Virus record (IMG/VR): IMGVR_UViG_2602041664_000001
Coordinates: 1 to 64,000 of that record
Length of the DNA: 64,000 bases
Strand: one strand, 5' to 3'
Source of the DNA: a virus
Taxonomy: Duplodnaviria; Caudoviricetes
This document shows positions 49,188-58,678 of this stretch, one piece after another (positions within the stretch are counted from its first letter, which is position 1; each line of letters begins with the position of its first letter). Below the pieces are notes generated by a model. It was not told the DNA's origin. It did no database searches and worked only from the letters and a program-made list of their open reading frames with translations. The translations under genes were made by a program, and so were the position numbers.

Positions 49188-52100
49188 TGAAGTCACACGT
49201 TACTATAAAGGCAAAAAGGAAACCACTTGTTCTGCCTGACGATTTTACGCTTGATATTGATGATCAGAACCCACTGTTCAACGAAACAGAAATGTTCTCC
49301 TACCCTGTCAATATTCCTTTGATAGGTAATCGTTTCCTTGTAGGTAACGTTGATAGCGCAATAAGTGATATTCGTCCTGTTCAGTTGGAGCATACCCCTA
49401 TGCGTATTCTTGTTGATGGTCTTCCCTTTCGTAGTGGTACTGCTGTCCTTGCCGATGATGACGAGGTAGAAGATGGTGTGTCTATGAATATAGCTTCTTC
49501 TTCGCAAAGTTTCGATAGCCTTATCGGGGATTTGTCTTGCCAAGACATACCCGTGAAGGATAAAATTCAGATCGGAGAGAAGATTGGTAATCTTGTTAGT
49601 GAAGTTACATATTCTTTTAGAGCGAAGATTGAACATAAAGGAAAGAAAGGAGGTAAAGAATATACTTCTGATAAAGATGGTGTCGCTAATGGAACTTTTG
49701 AACCACAGGCTTTAGGGTTCTCTTATCCTGGTGTGTGCGTTGTCTCTGGTAATAAAGAAAAGGCAGAAAGGAAGACAACTTTATCTTATCCTGATAAGAA
49801 CTCTGTTACTGTTCCAAAGGTTAAAACGAGCTTTATAAATGTTTCAGAGGCCTATCCTACAAAGCCTTATTGTAATGCTCGTGTTTGTTATAAGCATTTA
49901 GGACTGAATGATGATGGAACAACAAGTGATAGCGTTATTGCGGCAAAAGACGCTACCAATACTAATGAGGATGCTTATCCTTATTGGGTTTTGGATGCTG
50001 ATCGCCCACAGTCAGGTATCTGTTTCTATGTGCTTTACTTTCTTGATTGTTTGTTTGAATATTTAGGAGTGTCGTTTGATAAGAGTGCATTAACAGAAAT
50101 AGGTGATTTCAATCGACTTTGTTTCTTTACCACTCATTGTAAGTACGATACTGTTCCTATTCATGGTGAAGGCGAGAAAAAATATATTTGGAAAAAGAGT
50201 GTTATAAAAGATTCTAAGGAGCGTATTATAGAGTCTACCGACACACTTTGTCTTGGTTCTTTATTGTTAAAAGCGAATAGTATAGCGAAGATTGATGAGT
50301 TCTATTACTTTTCTGATTCTCAATCTGAAATGCCTATTATACCTCTGTCTGAAACTGAATTGAATGGTTGGAAAACCTCCCCTTCCGAAGCTACAGAGGA
50401 TAAACCTTATGTCTGGAATGTAGAGATTTTTACATACACAGATGGAACAAAAACGGTGGGTATTCCTCATTTCCTTTGTACTTATAGGCAAATACCTATA
50501 GCGTCTGTTGAACATCAATATGCACCAAGTGATAATACTGTTACACCTCCTGTAAATAAATGGGCTATTACGCCTCCGCAACACGAGGATGCCAATCCCT
50601 TCTTCGCGAATATCGATGAGATTAATGAGTGGTTGGATAGTCGTGGTTGTGGTGGTCGATTGAAATTTGAGGATGAAGGCTCTAAGGATGTCACCAGTTT
50701 TACGGTTCGTTTTGATGATGGAAGTGAACCCCAAACGTACAATGTCGGTGATGGCTCAATTCAGTCTATTACTATTGAGTCGGATGCTAAGACGCATAAT
50801 GTGTCTGGCAATGTCCTCGCTATGTATGCAAATAGTGAGAATTTTCCAAAGGAGAGTGTTAGTACTGTCATTAAGTCTTTAGAGAACAGTTTCGGTATTA
50901 AGTTCTATTATGATTATGAGCAGAAGAAGGTAACGGCTTATTTACTTCGTAAAGTCTTTCGTGATCAGGCGCAACCGATAGACCTTCCTTGTAAGGTTAT
51001 CTCTATGCGTAAGGTTAATGAGAAAATCACGGGTGTCCGTATGTGTTATTCAGCAGAAAGTGATACAAAGGAACAACGACAGAATATCAAACAGAATAAG
51101 AAAGACTATAATACTGATTACGACTATATTGAGTATCCTCGTTCAAGAACAGTGACTAATAAAGTCTATGGTCAGATTTTCAAGGCTTTGTCATCTTCTG
51201 ATATGAACGTTTATGTTGATAAAACAACCGGTAACGCTTATCGTGTAAAGGTAGACAGTGAAGCTAAGGATGCTAACTCTTTACATCCTGCTTTATTTGA
51301 GGTTGGTGCTTTCAAAGGCGTTGAATTAGGCGATTGCTCTAAGATGAATGAAGACTATGTTCAGGAGTTTAGTAGTGAGTTTACTCCGATGGTTTTTAAT
51401 GATGTAAACTATCAGAATGAAATCGCTCTTGCCTCTGGTTCTGCTACGGGTGTTGATGAAAAAGGACGACGTGGTTCTGTTTCAAACATCAACGCAAAGC
51501 GTAGACAGCCTATTTTATCGGCTTTCATAGATGAGGAAATGGAACACGAGTTTGTCTTACAGAAGATTCGTAATCTATTGTCTACTTCTTGGGCTGATTT
51601 CTATCTGACAGAGGAACTTCGTTTGCGTGAGAGTTATGACACTACAAAAACAGAAGATGGCAACTCTCCCTTGCAATCGCACGACTGGGGACTTTCTATT
51701 GCTATTATGCGTGGCGGTGGTATTGATTCGACAATTGAAAAATATTCTTTCGATTATGATGGCTTTGGAAATAGTAAGTGGCGAACCGTGGCAGGTCAAT
51801 ATGCTCTAACCTCCGACTCTATTGACATGATGGGTAACGAGTTTGATTATAATGGCGTGCAGCCTGGTGTTGGTAATGAAGAGAGATTCTCTCTGAAGAT
51901 TCGAGCTTTCAAACAGCCTGACTGGTCGCCTGTGCCTCTGTGTAATCCTGATGTTATGAACGAGAATGGAACAGTTGAGACTAAGATTCGTACACGTGGA
52001 TTGTTTGATACTTTTATGTCGGAGTTTGCTTATTTCCTTCTTAATCGAAAGAAATATCGCATTCGTTTGTTAGCTACTCCAGCGGCTATTGCTGATATAC

Positions 52101-52222
52101 CGAACCATTGGCTTCAGCGTTATCGTATTAATGGGGTTACTGGTTATATAAATAAGGTGTCTTACTCCCTTTCTGCAAAAGAGGGTATAAAGGATATTGA
52201 AATAGAATTTTACGCATTATGA
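49187..52222 (+). CDS. Tail/baseplate hub-like protein
   Basis: 1011 aa; N-terminal NPLF....FSYP and C-terminal ING....INK.SY typical of Bacteroidetes tail proteins. Confidence 0.6.
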   Translation: MKSHVTIKAKRKPLVLPDDFTLDIDDQNPLFNETEMFSYPVNIPLIGNRFLVGNVDSAISDIRPVQLEHTPMRILVDGLPFRSGTAVLADDDEVEDGVSMNIASSSQSFDSLIGDLSCQDIPVKDKIQIGEKIGNLVSEVTYSFRAKIEHKGKKGGKEYTSDKDGVANGTFEPQALGFSYPGVCVVSGNKEKAERKTTLSYPDKNSVTVPKVKTSFINVSEAYPTKPYCNARVCYKHLGLNDDGTTSDSVIAAKDATNTNEDAYPYWVLDADRPQSGICFYVLYFLDCLFEYLGVSFDKSALTEIGDFNRLCFFTTHCKYDTVPIHGEGEKKYIWKKSVIKDSKERIIESTDTLCLGSLLLKANSIAKIDEFYYFSDSQSEMPIIPLSETELNGWKTSPSEATEDKPYVWNVEIFTYTDGTKTVGIPHFLCTYRQIPIASVEHQYAPSDNTVTPPVNKWAITPPQHEDANPFFANIDEINEWLDSRGCGGRLKFEDEGSKDVTSFTVRFDDGSEPQTYNVGDGSIQSITIESDAKTHNVSGNVLAMYANSENFPKESVSTVIKSLENSFGIKFYYDYEQKKVTAYLLRKVFRDQAQPIDLPCKVISMRKVNEKITGVRMCYSAESDTKEQRQNIKQNKKDYNTDYDYIEYPRSRTVTNKVYGQIFKALSSSDMNVYVDKTTGNAYRVKVDSEAKDANSLHPALFEVGAFKGVELGDCSKMNEDYVQEFSSEFTPMVFNDVNYQNEIALASGSATGVDEKGRRGSVSNINAKRRQPILSAFIDEEMEHEFVLQKIRNLLSTSWADFYLTEELRLRESYDTTKTEDGNSPLQSHDWGLSIAIMRGGGIDSTIEKYSFDYDGFGNSKWRTVAGQYALTSDSIDMMGNEFDYNGVQPGVGNEERFSLKIRAFKQPDWSPVPLCNPDVMNENGTVETKIRTRGLFDTFMSEFAYFLLNRKKYRIRLLATPAAIADIPNHWLQRYRINGVTGYINKVSYSLSAKEGIKDIEIEFYAL

Positions 52223-52476
52223 TTATGAAGAGTGAGGTTGAATATTTTATTTACAGCTACTTGACCCGATTGTTTGGTCCTAAGTACTTGTTGGATTATA
52301 GAACTGATTTGACAAAAGACCTTGGGCTCTCCAGTATGGACCTTTTGCAAATCGTGATGGACGTTGAAACTCGTTTTAACATCTTTATTGACCCGTCTCG
52401 ATTCCAACAGGACCGTTCTATGGGGACTATTGTTAGTGTTATTACAAACATAATTAGAGAACAACATGGCTTCTAA
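52219..52476 (+). CDS. Acyl carrier protein-like
   Basis: 85 aa; DLGLSSMDLLQIVMDVETRFNIFI aligns to the ACP consensus DLGxDSLDxVELVMxLEEEFxIEI. Confidence 0.7.
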   Translation: MIMKSEVEYFIYSYLTRLFGPKYLLDYRTDLTKDLGLSSMDLLQIVMDVETRFNIFIDPSRFQQDRSMGTIVSVITNIIREQHGF

Positions 52477-53485
52477 TCTCGTTTTAAAATCTGGCTCACC
52501 GCACATTGGTTCGCCTATTACTTATAAGGTAACAGCTGCTTCACTTACGGGTATCATTTCTTTCCATAGGGTTGTCGTAAAGGTGAAAGCAGCTCTTAGC
52601 ACTGATACTGATTGGACTATTACGCAGGTTTCTACTCCTGTTAATGAAGGCGAAATCGTTGAGTTAGATATTTCTTCTGCTCTTCAGGCTGTTGCTGACC
52701 GCTATCAATACGATCCTATCCCACCTACGGCTTATCCGTTCGTAAAATATTCGCTTTCTGCCTATGATGAGTATATGCAAAATGGTGAGGTTCATCAGAC
52801 GGAGGAAATAAGTAATGAAGGTGGTAATGCTCTCTTGGGTGCTAAGACCGACTTAGAAAGGCTCTTTAGTGATGGGAATAGTACCGCACAACATTTCTCT
52901 CGGAAACCTAAGTCTGAGTATGAAATTGTTTCCGTTGGAGAGGCTGTTGTTGTTCCTCAGTCTTTTCCTGCTCCTGTGTCGTTGGGTAATGTAACGACTG
53001 GCCCCTCTTCTGCTGTCTTCCCTGTAACAACAGCTGGTATGCAAACGATAGGCGGACGTGATTTCTACGCTTTGAATAGTTCTTCGTCTGATCGTTTTGA
53101 GTTTCGCTTCGTGAATGGCTTGGGATGTCTTGAGAGCATATCTCTTCTTTCGCTTCGTTCGGTAGAGGTGAATATTACAAGTGAGACTTATATTCGTTCT
53201 GTTCAGGAAACATTTGGTAACTTTTTCCGTGGCTTAATTACAAAACAGAATGATTATGAAACGTGGAAACTATCAAGTGGACCTGTCAGTCCCGCAATGC
53301 AAGCGTGGTTTCTTCATGAGTTCCTTATGACTTCGGCAGCTTGGATAAAGGTAGGAACTGTGTTTATCCCTTGTCATATCGTACCAGAAGAAACTGTGAC
53401 GGGTGTCAATCGTGCAGATGGTTCTATGCGTGAGGTTCATTTCTCGGTACAGTTTGATGTTAATGGCTCGCCTGAATTTAGTTGA
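52466..53485 (+). CDS. Tail protein (distal-tail-like)
   Basis: 339 aa; F.F.N..G..ES, SSG and W..EFL.S motifs. Confidence 0.55.
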   Translation: MASNLVLKSGSPHIGSPITYKVTAASLTGIISFHRVVVKVKAALSTDTDWTITQVSTPVNEGEIVELDISSALQAVADRYQYDPIPPTAYPFVKYSLSAYDEYMQNGEVHQTEEISNEGGNALLGAKTDLERLFSDGNSTAQHFSRKPKSEYEIVSVGEAVVVPQSFPAPVSLGNVTTGPSSAVFPVTTAGMQTIGGRDFYALNSSSSDRFEFRFVNGLGCLESISLLSLRSVEVNITSETYIRSVQETFGNFFRGLITKQNDYETWKLSSGPVSPAMQAWFLHEFLMTSAAWIKVGTVFIPCHIVPEETVTGVNRADGSMREVHFSVQFDVNGSPEFS

Positions 53486-53528
53486 ATAGGGTAAGTGTCC
53501 TCTCCTACCCTATTTAGGCTTAATACGT

Positions 53529-53586
53529 AAAGTATATACTTTAGCATCATAAGGTATATACTTTATTTCGTTAAAGTATATACTTT
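53529..53586. repeat. Palindrome array A4: 3 x AA(A/G)GTATATACTTT, 22-bp period
   Basis: Units at 53529, 53551, 53573; shares CGTAAAGTATATACTTTAGCA with array A1. Confidence 0.9.
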
Positions 53587-53650
53587 ACGTTTTGTGGGTA
53601 TATTCACTCCTCTTTTTATTAGTCTTATTTTGTCTGTCCCTAAATAATTC

Positions 53651-53685
53651 TGTCCCACACATTCCTTATATCAATTTTATCTTTG
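53651..53685 (+). promoter_or_regulatory. TGTCC-N22-TAnnTTTG promoter
   Basis: TGTCC-22 nt-TATCTTTG. Confidence 0.75.
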
Positions 53686-53704
53686 CATAAAACAATGATA
53701 AAAT

Positions 53705-56659
53705 ATGACAGAAGCAAGCGCAAGTAATTATTGGATTAGTTCCACGGCTTTGAGTATAACGCTTAATGCTATGGGTGATGCTGACTATATTCAGGCAAAT
53801 GTAGCCAGTGGTGCTATGATAATGTGTTATATGCGTAACATAGACGGATTGGGCTATGATGCAGGACATAACTATCGCCGTTGGAATTTGATAGCCAACC
53901 CAACTTATTTCAATTCTACGACCGAGAAATATGTCTATGCTGCTATCCCCCGCAAGCAGCAAGAGAATGGCACGGCATTGATTGTGTTCCCTTCTGAGCG
54001 TGTTGATATTTATGGTAAGTCAGCCACTGAAGTTCAGCTTGGCTCTGAAGATTATTATTACATCTTCCTCGGTGGTGTTATCAGTCCTTCGGTTGTTGGC
54101 GGTGTGTTGCAAAACAGAACGTGGACACAACGCGTTGATACCGGTAAATTGGCTTCTGACGAAGCTATCGCTGCTGGCGGTGATAATACTTGGTGGCTCT
54201 ATAGTGCTGTTGATGATACGGTGACTTTCTTGAAGGCTATTGTTCGTGCCGCATTCGATAATATCGAGGCTAAGTATGCGACCGTAAAGAACCTTATTAT
54301 CGGTGGAGAAACTTTGACGGGTGTCGCTAATAATGAAACGCCAAAAAACTCTCGTGTCGACGTGGTTACGCCTGACTATCTTTTTGGTAATTCTGATGCT
54401 CGATATATCCGTAAGGATATTGATGATAGGGTTTCTTCTATACTTACTTTTCTTAATGGCGTTCACTTTGGCGATGACTTTGAGAAAGATCTTCGTGGTG
54501 CTGGCATTTATCGCGACGAACAAGGAAGTTGGCATATCGACACTGATTATATTCACGCACGCAAGAAGCTGACAGCAGAAGAGGTGGAGATAATGAAGAC
54601 CTCCCACATCAAAGGAAAGGTCGTGAACTCTGCTGGCGGCTTTGTCATTTCACGAATAGAGAAGATAAATGGTGCATGGCGGTGTTTCTTTGTTCAGCAG
54701 GATAGTGAAGGGCGTAGGGTGTATAACTCCATGCTTAAGGACGACTTGGCTCTTTGCGAGACGTTTAATCTTATTGACAATAACGGACAAACAGCTAATC
54801 ACTACTGGTATAGGCGTGTTACTGCTGTCGGTACTGATTACGTAGATATTGCTGACAATACGAATGTAGATTACTATGCGAGTGGTAGCGATGTTCCACA
54901 GGTGGGTGACGAGGTTGTGCAGCTTGGCAACCTCACAGTCAAAGAACGTCAGAGTGCTATTATTCAGTCAGCAGCAGGAGAGGGTAGTCCGTACTTTAAG
55001 ATTATAAAGGGCATCAATAGTTTTATCCTCCCTGATCCTATCTTCTTATTTGATAAGCAGAACTTCGAGATACGTGTCGAGAACCCAGCTAATCGTGGTG
55101 AGTATATCCCTCTGCAAAACTTCTTGGAGACGATGCAAGGACGTCTCAATGCTGTTCAGCAGCAATCAGATAAGCAACTGGTTATTTGGTTTGGTGACGT
55201 GGTACCAACGCTCACCAGTGAACCCGCTAACGAGTGGACGGACGATGAAACGAAAGAAATGCACGAGCATGATGTATATTACAATCGCTCGTATGCTGAA
55301 ACTGGTGGCGGTCGTGCTTATTCTTTCGAGAAGAATCCAGACGGCTCTTTCTCTTGGCACGAGATTACAGATGCTGATGTCCTCAAATCATTAGAAGCAG
55401 CAAAGCGAGCACAAGATACGGCAGACGGTAAGCGTAGAGTTTTCGTGCAAGCCGTACCAGTTCCTCCATACGATAAAGGCGACCAGTGGAGTAATGCTAC
55501 CTTCGAAGATAAGTATAACAATGATTTGCTTGTTTGTGTTCGCCCGAAAGCGACTGGCGAGTCTTTCGATATTGAGGATTGGACTTCTGCACAACACTAC
55601 ACCACGAAGCAGTTTCAGGCAGAGTTTAACGTGGGGGGAAATAGTATCTCTGCCGTTGTTCGTGACCTTTCTACAGGTCTTAAGCGTGTCGGATTCAATC
55701 TTGACGGTGAGAATAGCACCTTTGACATTGTTGCAGACACATTCAAGGTCACGACTACAACGGGCAAAGTCCCGTTCTTTACCAGTAACGGAAAGCTAAA
55801 CGCTTACTTTATTGATGCAAAGTCAATAGTAACTGAAGGCATCAAGGCTCAGACTATCGATGCAAAAGGAGCTACATTTCAGAATATCACCGTTACTGGT
55901 GAAAGTAAATTCGGGGGTGAGCTTGATGGAGCAAGCGGAACATTTAAGGTTCTTAGATGTCTTAACAGCAACAGAGAACCTACTGGTGGTATTTATTTTG
56001 AGGAAAGAGGAAGCCAAGCTATTATGGCAATTGAGGGCGATTTGGGTATGCGTAAGAACGTTGAGGGAAAATTTCGTAAACGCCTGCCACGCTTCTATGC
56101 TAAAGATGTTTGGTGTCAAGGACAGTTCGGGCATTATGCTAAGATTTGTGCTGTCGTTAAAGATGATATGATGTACGTTCATCATGGTGGGCATATTGAG
56201 ACAAATGGAGTAAAAGTACAGTTGCCTACCGTAACTGTAAAAAGTGGTGGAAGTGATATCGTCTGCTATAAAATTCCATTATATGCACCGGGCTATCATG
56301 GAGCAGATGGAGATAACGGAGTTGTGAGGGATGTTGATAATCCTGCCTTACATCCGGGTCTTACTGATTTTGAAAGAGAGATTCCTTATGGTGCTCCTAT
56401 TGACATGGTAATCTTTAACTGCGAACAACCTCACAGTTATGTCTTCTTTGAAATGGGATATGGCAAAGAATGGGTAGTGTTTAATGGCAAAGACAATGTT
56501 GAAGTTTATATCTGTGATCATCGAGAGATTAGAAAACTTGATGGTGGTTGGGTGAGTCACTATTTATATGTTAATCCGTTATGGCTTACTCCATCTAAGA
56601 GCAAAGAAACTCCGGGAGCAGGTATTATTTACACAGGTACAGTTGATTTTGACTGGTAA
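53705..56659 (+). CDS. Tail fibre / host specificity protein
   Basis: 984 aa; P.VGDEVVQLGN...RQSAII and ADGKRRVFV..P.PPYD.GD motifs. Confidence 0.7.
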   Translation: MTEASASNYWISSTALSITLNAMGDADYIQANVASGAMIMCYMRNIDGLGYDAGHNYRRWNLIANPTYFNSTTEKYVYAAIPRKQQENGTALIVFPSERVDIYGKSATEVQLGSEDYYYIFLGGVISPSVVGGVLQNRTWTQRVDTGKLASDEAIAAGGDNTWWLYSAVDDTVTFLKAIVRAAFDNIEAKYATVKNLIIGGETLTGVANNETPKNSRVDVVTPDYLFGNSDARYIRKDIDDRVSSILTFLNGVHFGDDFEKDLRGAGIYRDEQGSWHIDTDYIHARKKLTAEEVEIMKTSHIKGKVVNSAGGFVISRIEKINGAWRCFFVQQDSEGRRVYNSMLKDDLALCETFNLIDNNGQTANHYWYRRVTAVGTDYVDIADNTNVDYYASGSDVPQVGDEVVQLGNLTVKERQSAIIQSAAGEGSPYFKIIKGINSFILPDPIFLFDKQNFEIRVENPANRGEYIPLQNFLETMQGRLNAVQQQSDKQLVIWFGDVVPTLTSEPANEWTDDETKEMHEHDVYYNRSYAETGGGRAYSFEKNPDGSFSWHEITDADVLKSLEAAKRAQDTADGKRRVFVQAVPVPPYDKGDQWSNATFEDKYNNDLLVCVRPKATGESFDIEDWTSAQHYTTKQFQAEFNVGGNSISAVVRDLSTGLKRVGFNLDGENSTFDIVADTFKVTTTTGKVPFFTSNGKLNAYFIDAKSIVTEGIKAQTIDAKGATFQNITVTGESKFGGELDGASGTFKVLRCLNSNREPTGGIYFEERGSQAIMAIEGDLGMRKNVEGKFRKRLPRFYAKDVWCQGQFGHYAKICAVVKDDMMYVHHGGHIETNGVKVQLPTVTVKSGGSDIVCYKIPLYAPGYHGADGDNGVVRDVDNPALHPGLTDFEREIPYGAPIDMVIFNCEQPHSYVFFEMGYGKEWVVFNGKDNVEVYICDHREIRKLDGGWVSHYLYVNPLWLTPSKSKETPGAGIIYTGTVDFDW

Positions 56660-56680
56660 TTATTTATAAACAAAAGAGAA

Positions 56681-56965
56681 ATGAAGAATTTTTTAGATTG
56701 TGTTTACAGGATTTTTAGGAAGATCGCTACTATTGGTAGCGACAAGTACTTACACCTCATTGCAGGTCTTATCGTAGCCTTCGTGCTTGGTAGGCTGTTG
56801 GCAAACGTTGAAGCGTGGGCATTTCCTGCAATTACGGGTGTCTTGCTACTGATGGTAGCGAAGGAGTGTGTTGATTATTACCTCCGTGATGAGCAGTTCG
56901 ACTTGAAGGACGTAGCTGCTGGTCTGGTGGGTGCAGTTGTCGGAGTAATACTTTGCTTATTATGA
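56681..56965 (+). CDS. Small membrane protein
   Basis: DKYLH...KE..D...FD..D pattern; three hydrophobic segments. Confidence 0.65.
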   Translation: MKNFLDCVYRIFRKIATIGSDKYLHLIAGLIVAFVLGRLLANVEAWAFPAITGVLLLMVAKECVDYYLRDEQFDLKDVAAGLVGAVVGVILCLL

Positions 56966-57453
56966 ATTACCTTGAACAATTCAAATACGTAATGTGTAGT
57001 GTCATCAGCGGAATGCTGAGCTTGTTTTTCCCGATACGTGATTTCATGTATGCAATGTTGATTGTGTTCGGTGTCAACTATATCTTTGGATTAGTTGCAG
57101 GGCTGAAACATGGCGAGGACTGGAACTTGAAAAAGTCAATGGTATTCTTTTATCATTGTTGTTTGTTCTTCGTAATGTCAGCTTCTATCTTCATTACCGG
57201 CTATTTCCTCCACGCTGGAGAAGAGACACTCGGAGTTGTAAAGGCATTGTGCGGTGTGGCGATTTGGTTTTACTCAACGAATATCGTCCGTAACTGGAGG
57301 ATGATGCTTGTCGAGAATACTACGATGTGGAAAGTAGCCGGCTTTGTTTATTACGTTCTGACACTGAAAGCAATCGACAAAGTGCCGTTCCTTAGCGAGT
57401 ATCTTAAGAGCTCGCACGTTGATGTAGATGATGATAAACCAAAATTTGATTAG
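56953..57453 (+). CDS. Holin
   Basis: Multiple TM segments; directly upstream of the endolysin. Confidence 0.7.
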   Translation: MLIMNYLEQFKYVMCSVISGMLSLFFPIRDFMYAMLIVFGVNYIFGLVAGLKHGEDWNLKKSMVFFYHCCLFFVMSASIFITGYFLHAGEETLGVVKALCGVAIWFYSTNIVRNWRMMLVENTTMWKVAGFVYYVLTLKAIDKVPFLSEYLKSSHVDVDDDKPKFD

Positions 57454-57455
57454 AC

Positions 57456-57908
57456 ATGGCAAATTTTTCGATAGCGGAGCTGGTACAATCCTGCACCGCT
57501 GAACAATTAAAGATAAACAATAACCCTCCTTCTATTGTGAGGGTTCATCTAACAGAGACGATTACGCTCTTAGAGTGCATCCGTGCGGAGTGGGCAGAAT
57601 ATTGCGAGCGTCACGACCTCGGTACTCCTGCTATACGCATTACAAGTGGCTATCGCTCACCAGAATTGAACAAGGCTGTAGGAGGTGTGAAAAACTCTGC
57701 TCATGTCACAGGATATGCCGCAGACTTGCAGCCTGTCAATGGTAAGCAGGATGAGTTTGAACGTTTCTTTGTGACAGAGTTCTCGCGGATGGGGTATGCT
57801 TACGACCAAATCATCGTCGAGAGGTCTAAGTCCTCTCGCTGGGTGCATGTAGGGTTTAAGCGTGCTGATGGAAAGCAGCGCAGACAATGTTTCACATTAA
57901 ATGTATAG
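57456..57908 (+). CDS. Endolysin, peptidase M15 family
   Basis: ITSGYRS..LN.AVGG..NSAH..G.AAD and WVHV motifs. Confidence 0.9.
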   Translation: MANFSIAELVQSCTAEQLKINNNPPSIVRVHLTETITLLECIRAEWAEYCERHDLGTPAIRITSGYRSPELNKAVGGVKNSAHVTGYAADLQPVNGKQDEFERFFVTEFSRMGYAYDQIIVERSKSSRWVHVGFKRADGKQRRQCFTLNV

Positions 57909-58456
57909 TTATGGACGACAAAGAAATTAAATACTACGTGTATTCAATATTAACCCTCATAGGGTTACTTGTACTTACGGCTCTCTGCCTTACAAGCTGT
58001 TCTCATAGAGTGTATGTCCCTGTGCAGTCTATTCGCACAGATACTATCTACATGTCAAGGAAGGATAGCGTACATATCAAGGATAGCTTAATCACTCGGC
58101 AAGTGATTAACATCCGTGATAGTGTCGCTATTCATGACAGCGTTGTCATCATCAAGGACGAGCAAGGCAACGTCAAGGAACGGCTTATAGTTCGTTATCG
58201 TGACCGCTGGCATGCGACACAGGACAATCTGATGCTTCAAAGAATGATTGACCGCTACAAGGCGAGCAATGACAGCCTACGTGCTACCAAGAAGGAACAC
58301 ATCGAGGTTCCTAAGGTCATTGAGCGAGAACTAAGCCGGTGGCAGAAAATCAAGATGGATGTAGGCGGATGGGTAATAGGTGCTCTCTCTGCTACTCTGT
58401 TAGCTGCTATTGCTTATATCATTATATTGCTTCTGAAAAAGTATAGACGGATTTAA
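57887..58456 (+). CDS. Spanin-like lipoprotein
   Basis: Lipobox LTSC and C-terminal TM; follows endolysin; true start probably the internal MDDK. Confidence 0.6.
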   Translation: MFHIKCIVMDDKEIKYYVYSILTLIGLLVLTALCLTSCSHRVYVPVQSIRTDTIYMSRKDSVHIKDSLITRQVINIRDSVAIHDSVVIIKDEQGNVKERLIVRYRDRWHATQDNLMLQRMIDRYKASNDSLRATKKEHIEVPKVIERELSRWQKIKMDVGGWVIGALSATLLAAIAYIIILLLKKYRRI

Positions 58457-58677
58457 TGAAGCATATCAAGCTACATCTCACAGAGAGCCGTACGAAAGAT
58501 AACCGTTTCGCACAAGCATCTATCCGTGGCATTGAAGACAATACGGGTGAGAATTTTACGAGTTCTCACCCTAAACTCCTTCAAGACATCATTTGTCATG
58601 CGCTATCTCTTGCGCACGGTGTCGAGATAGAGGGCAACAACGGTTTTACATACACATTCCCATTCAGATTATCATAA
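58456..58677 (+). CDS. Hypothetical protein
   Basis: 73 aa, tightly coupled to neighbours. Confidence 0.55.
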   Translation: MKHIKLHLTESRTKDNRFAQASIRGIEDNTGENFTSSHPKLLQDIICHALSLAHGVEIEGNNGFTYTFPFRLS

Positions 58678-58678
58678 C

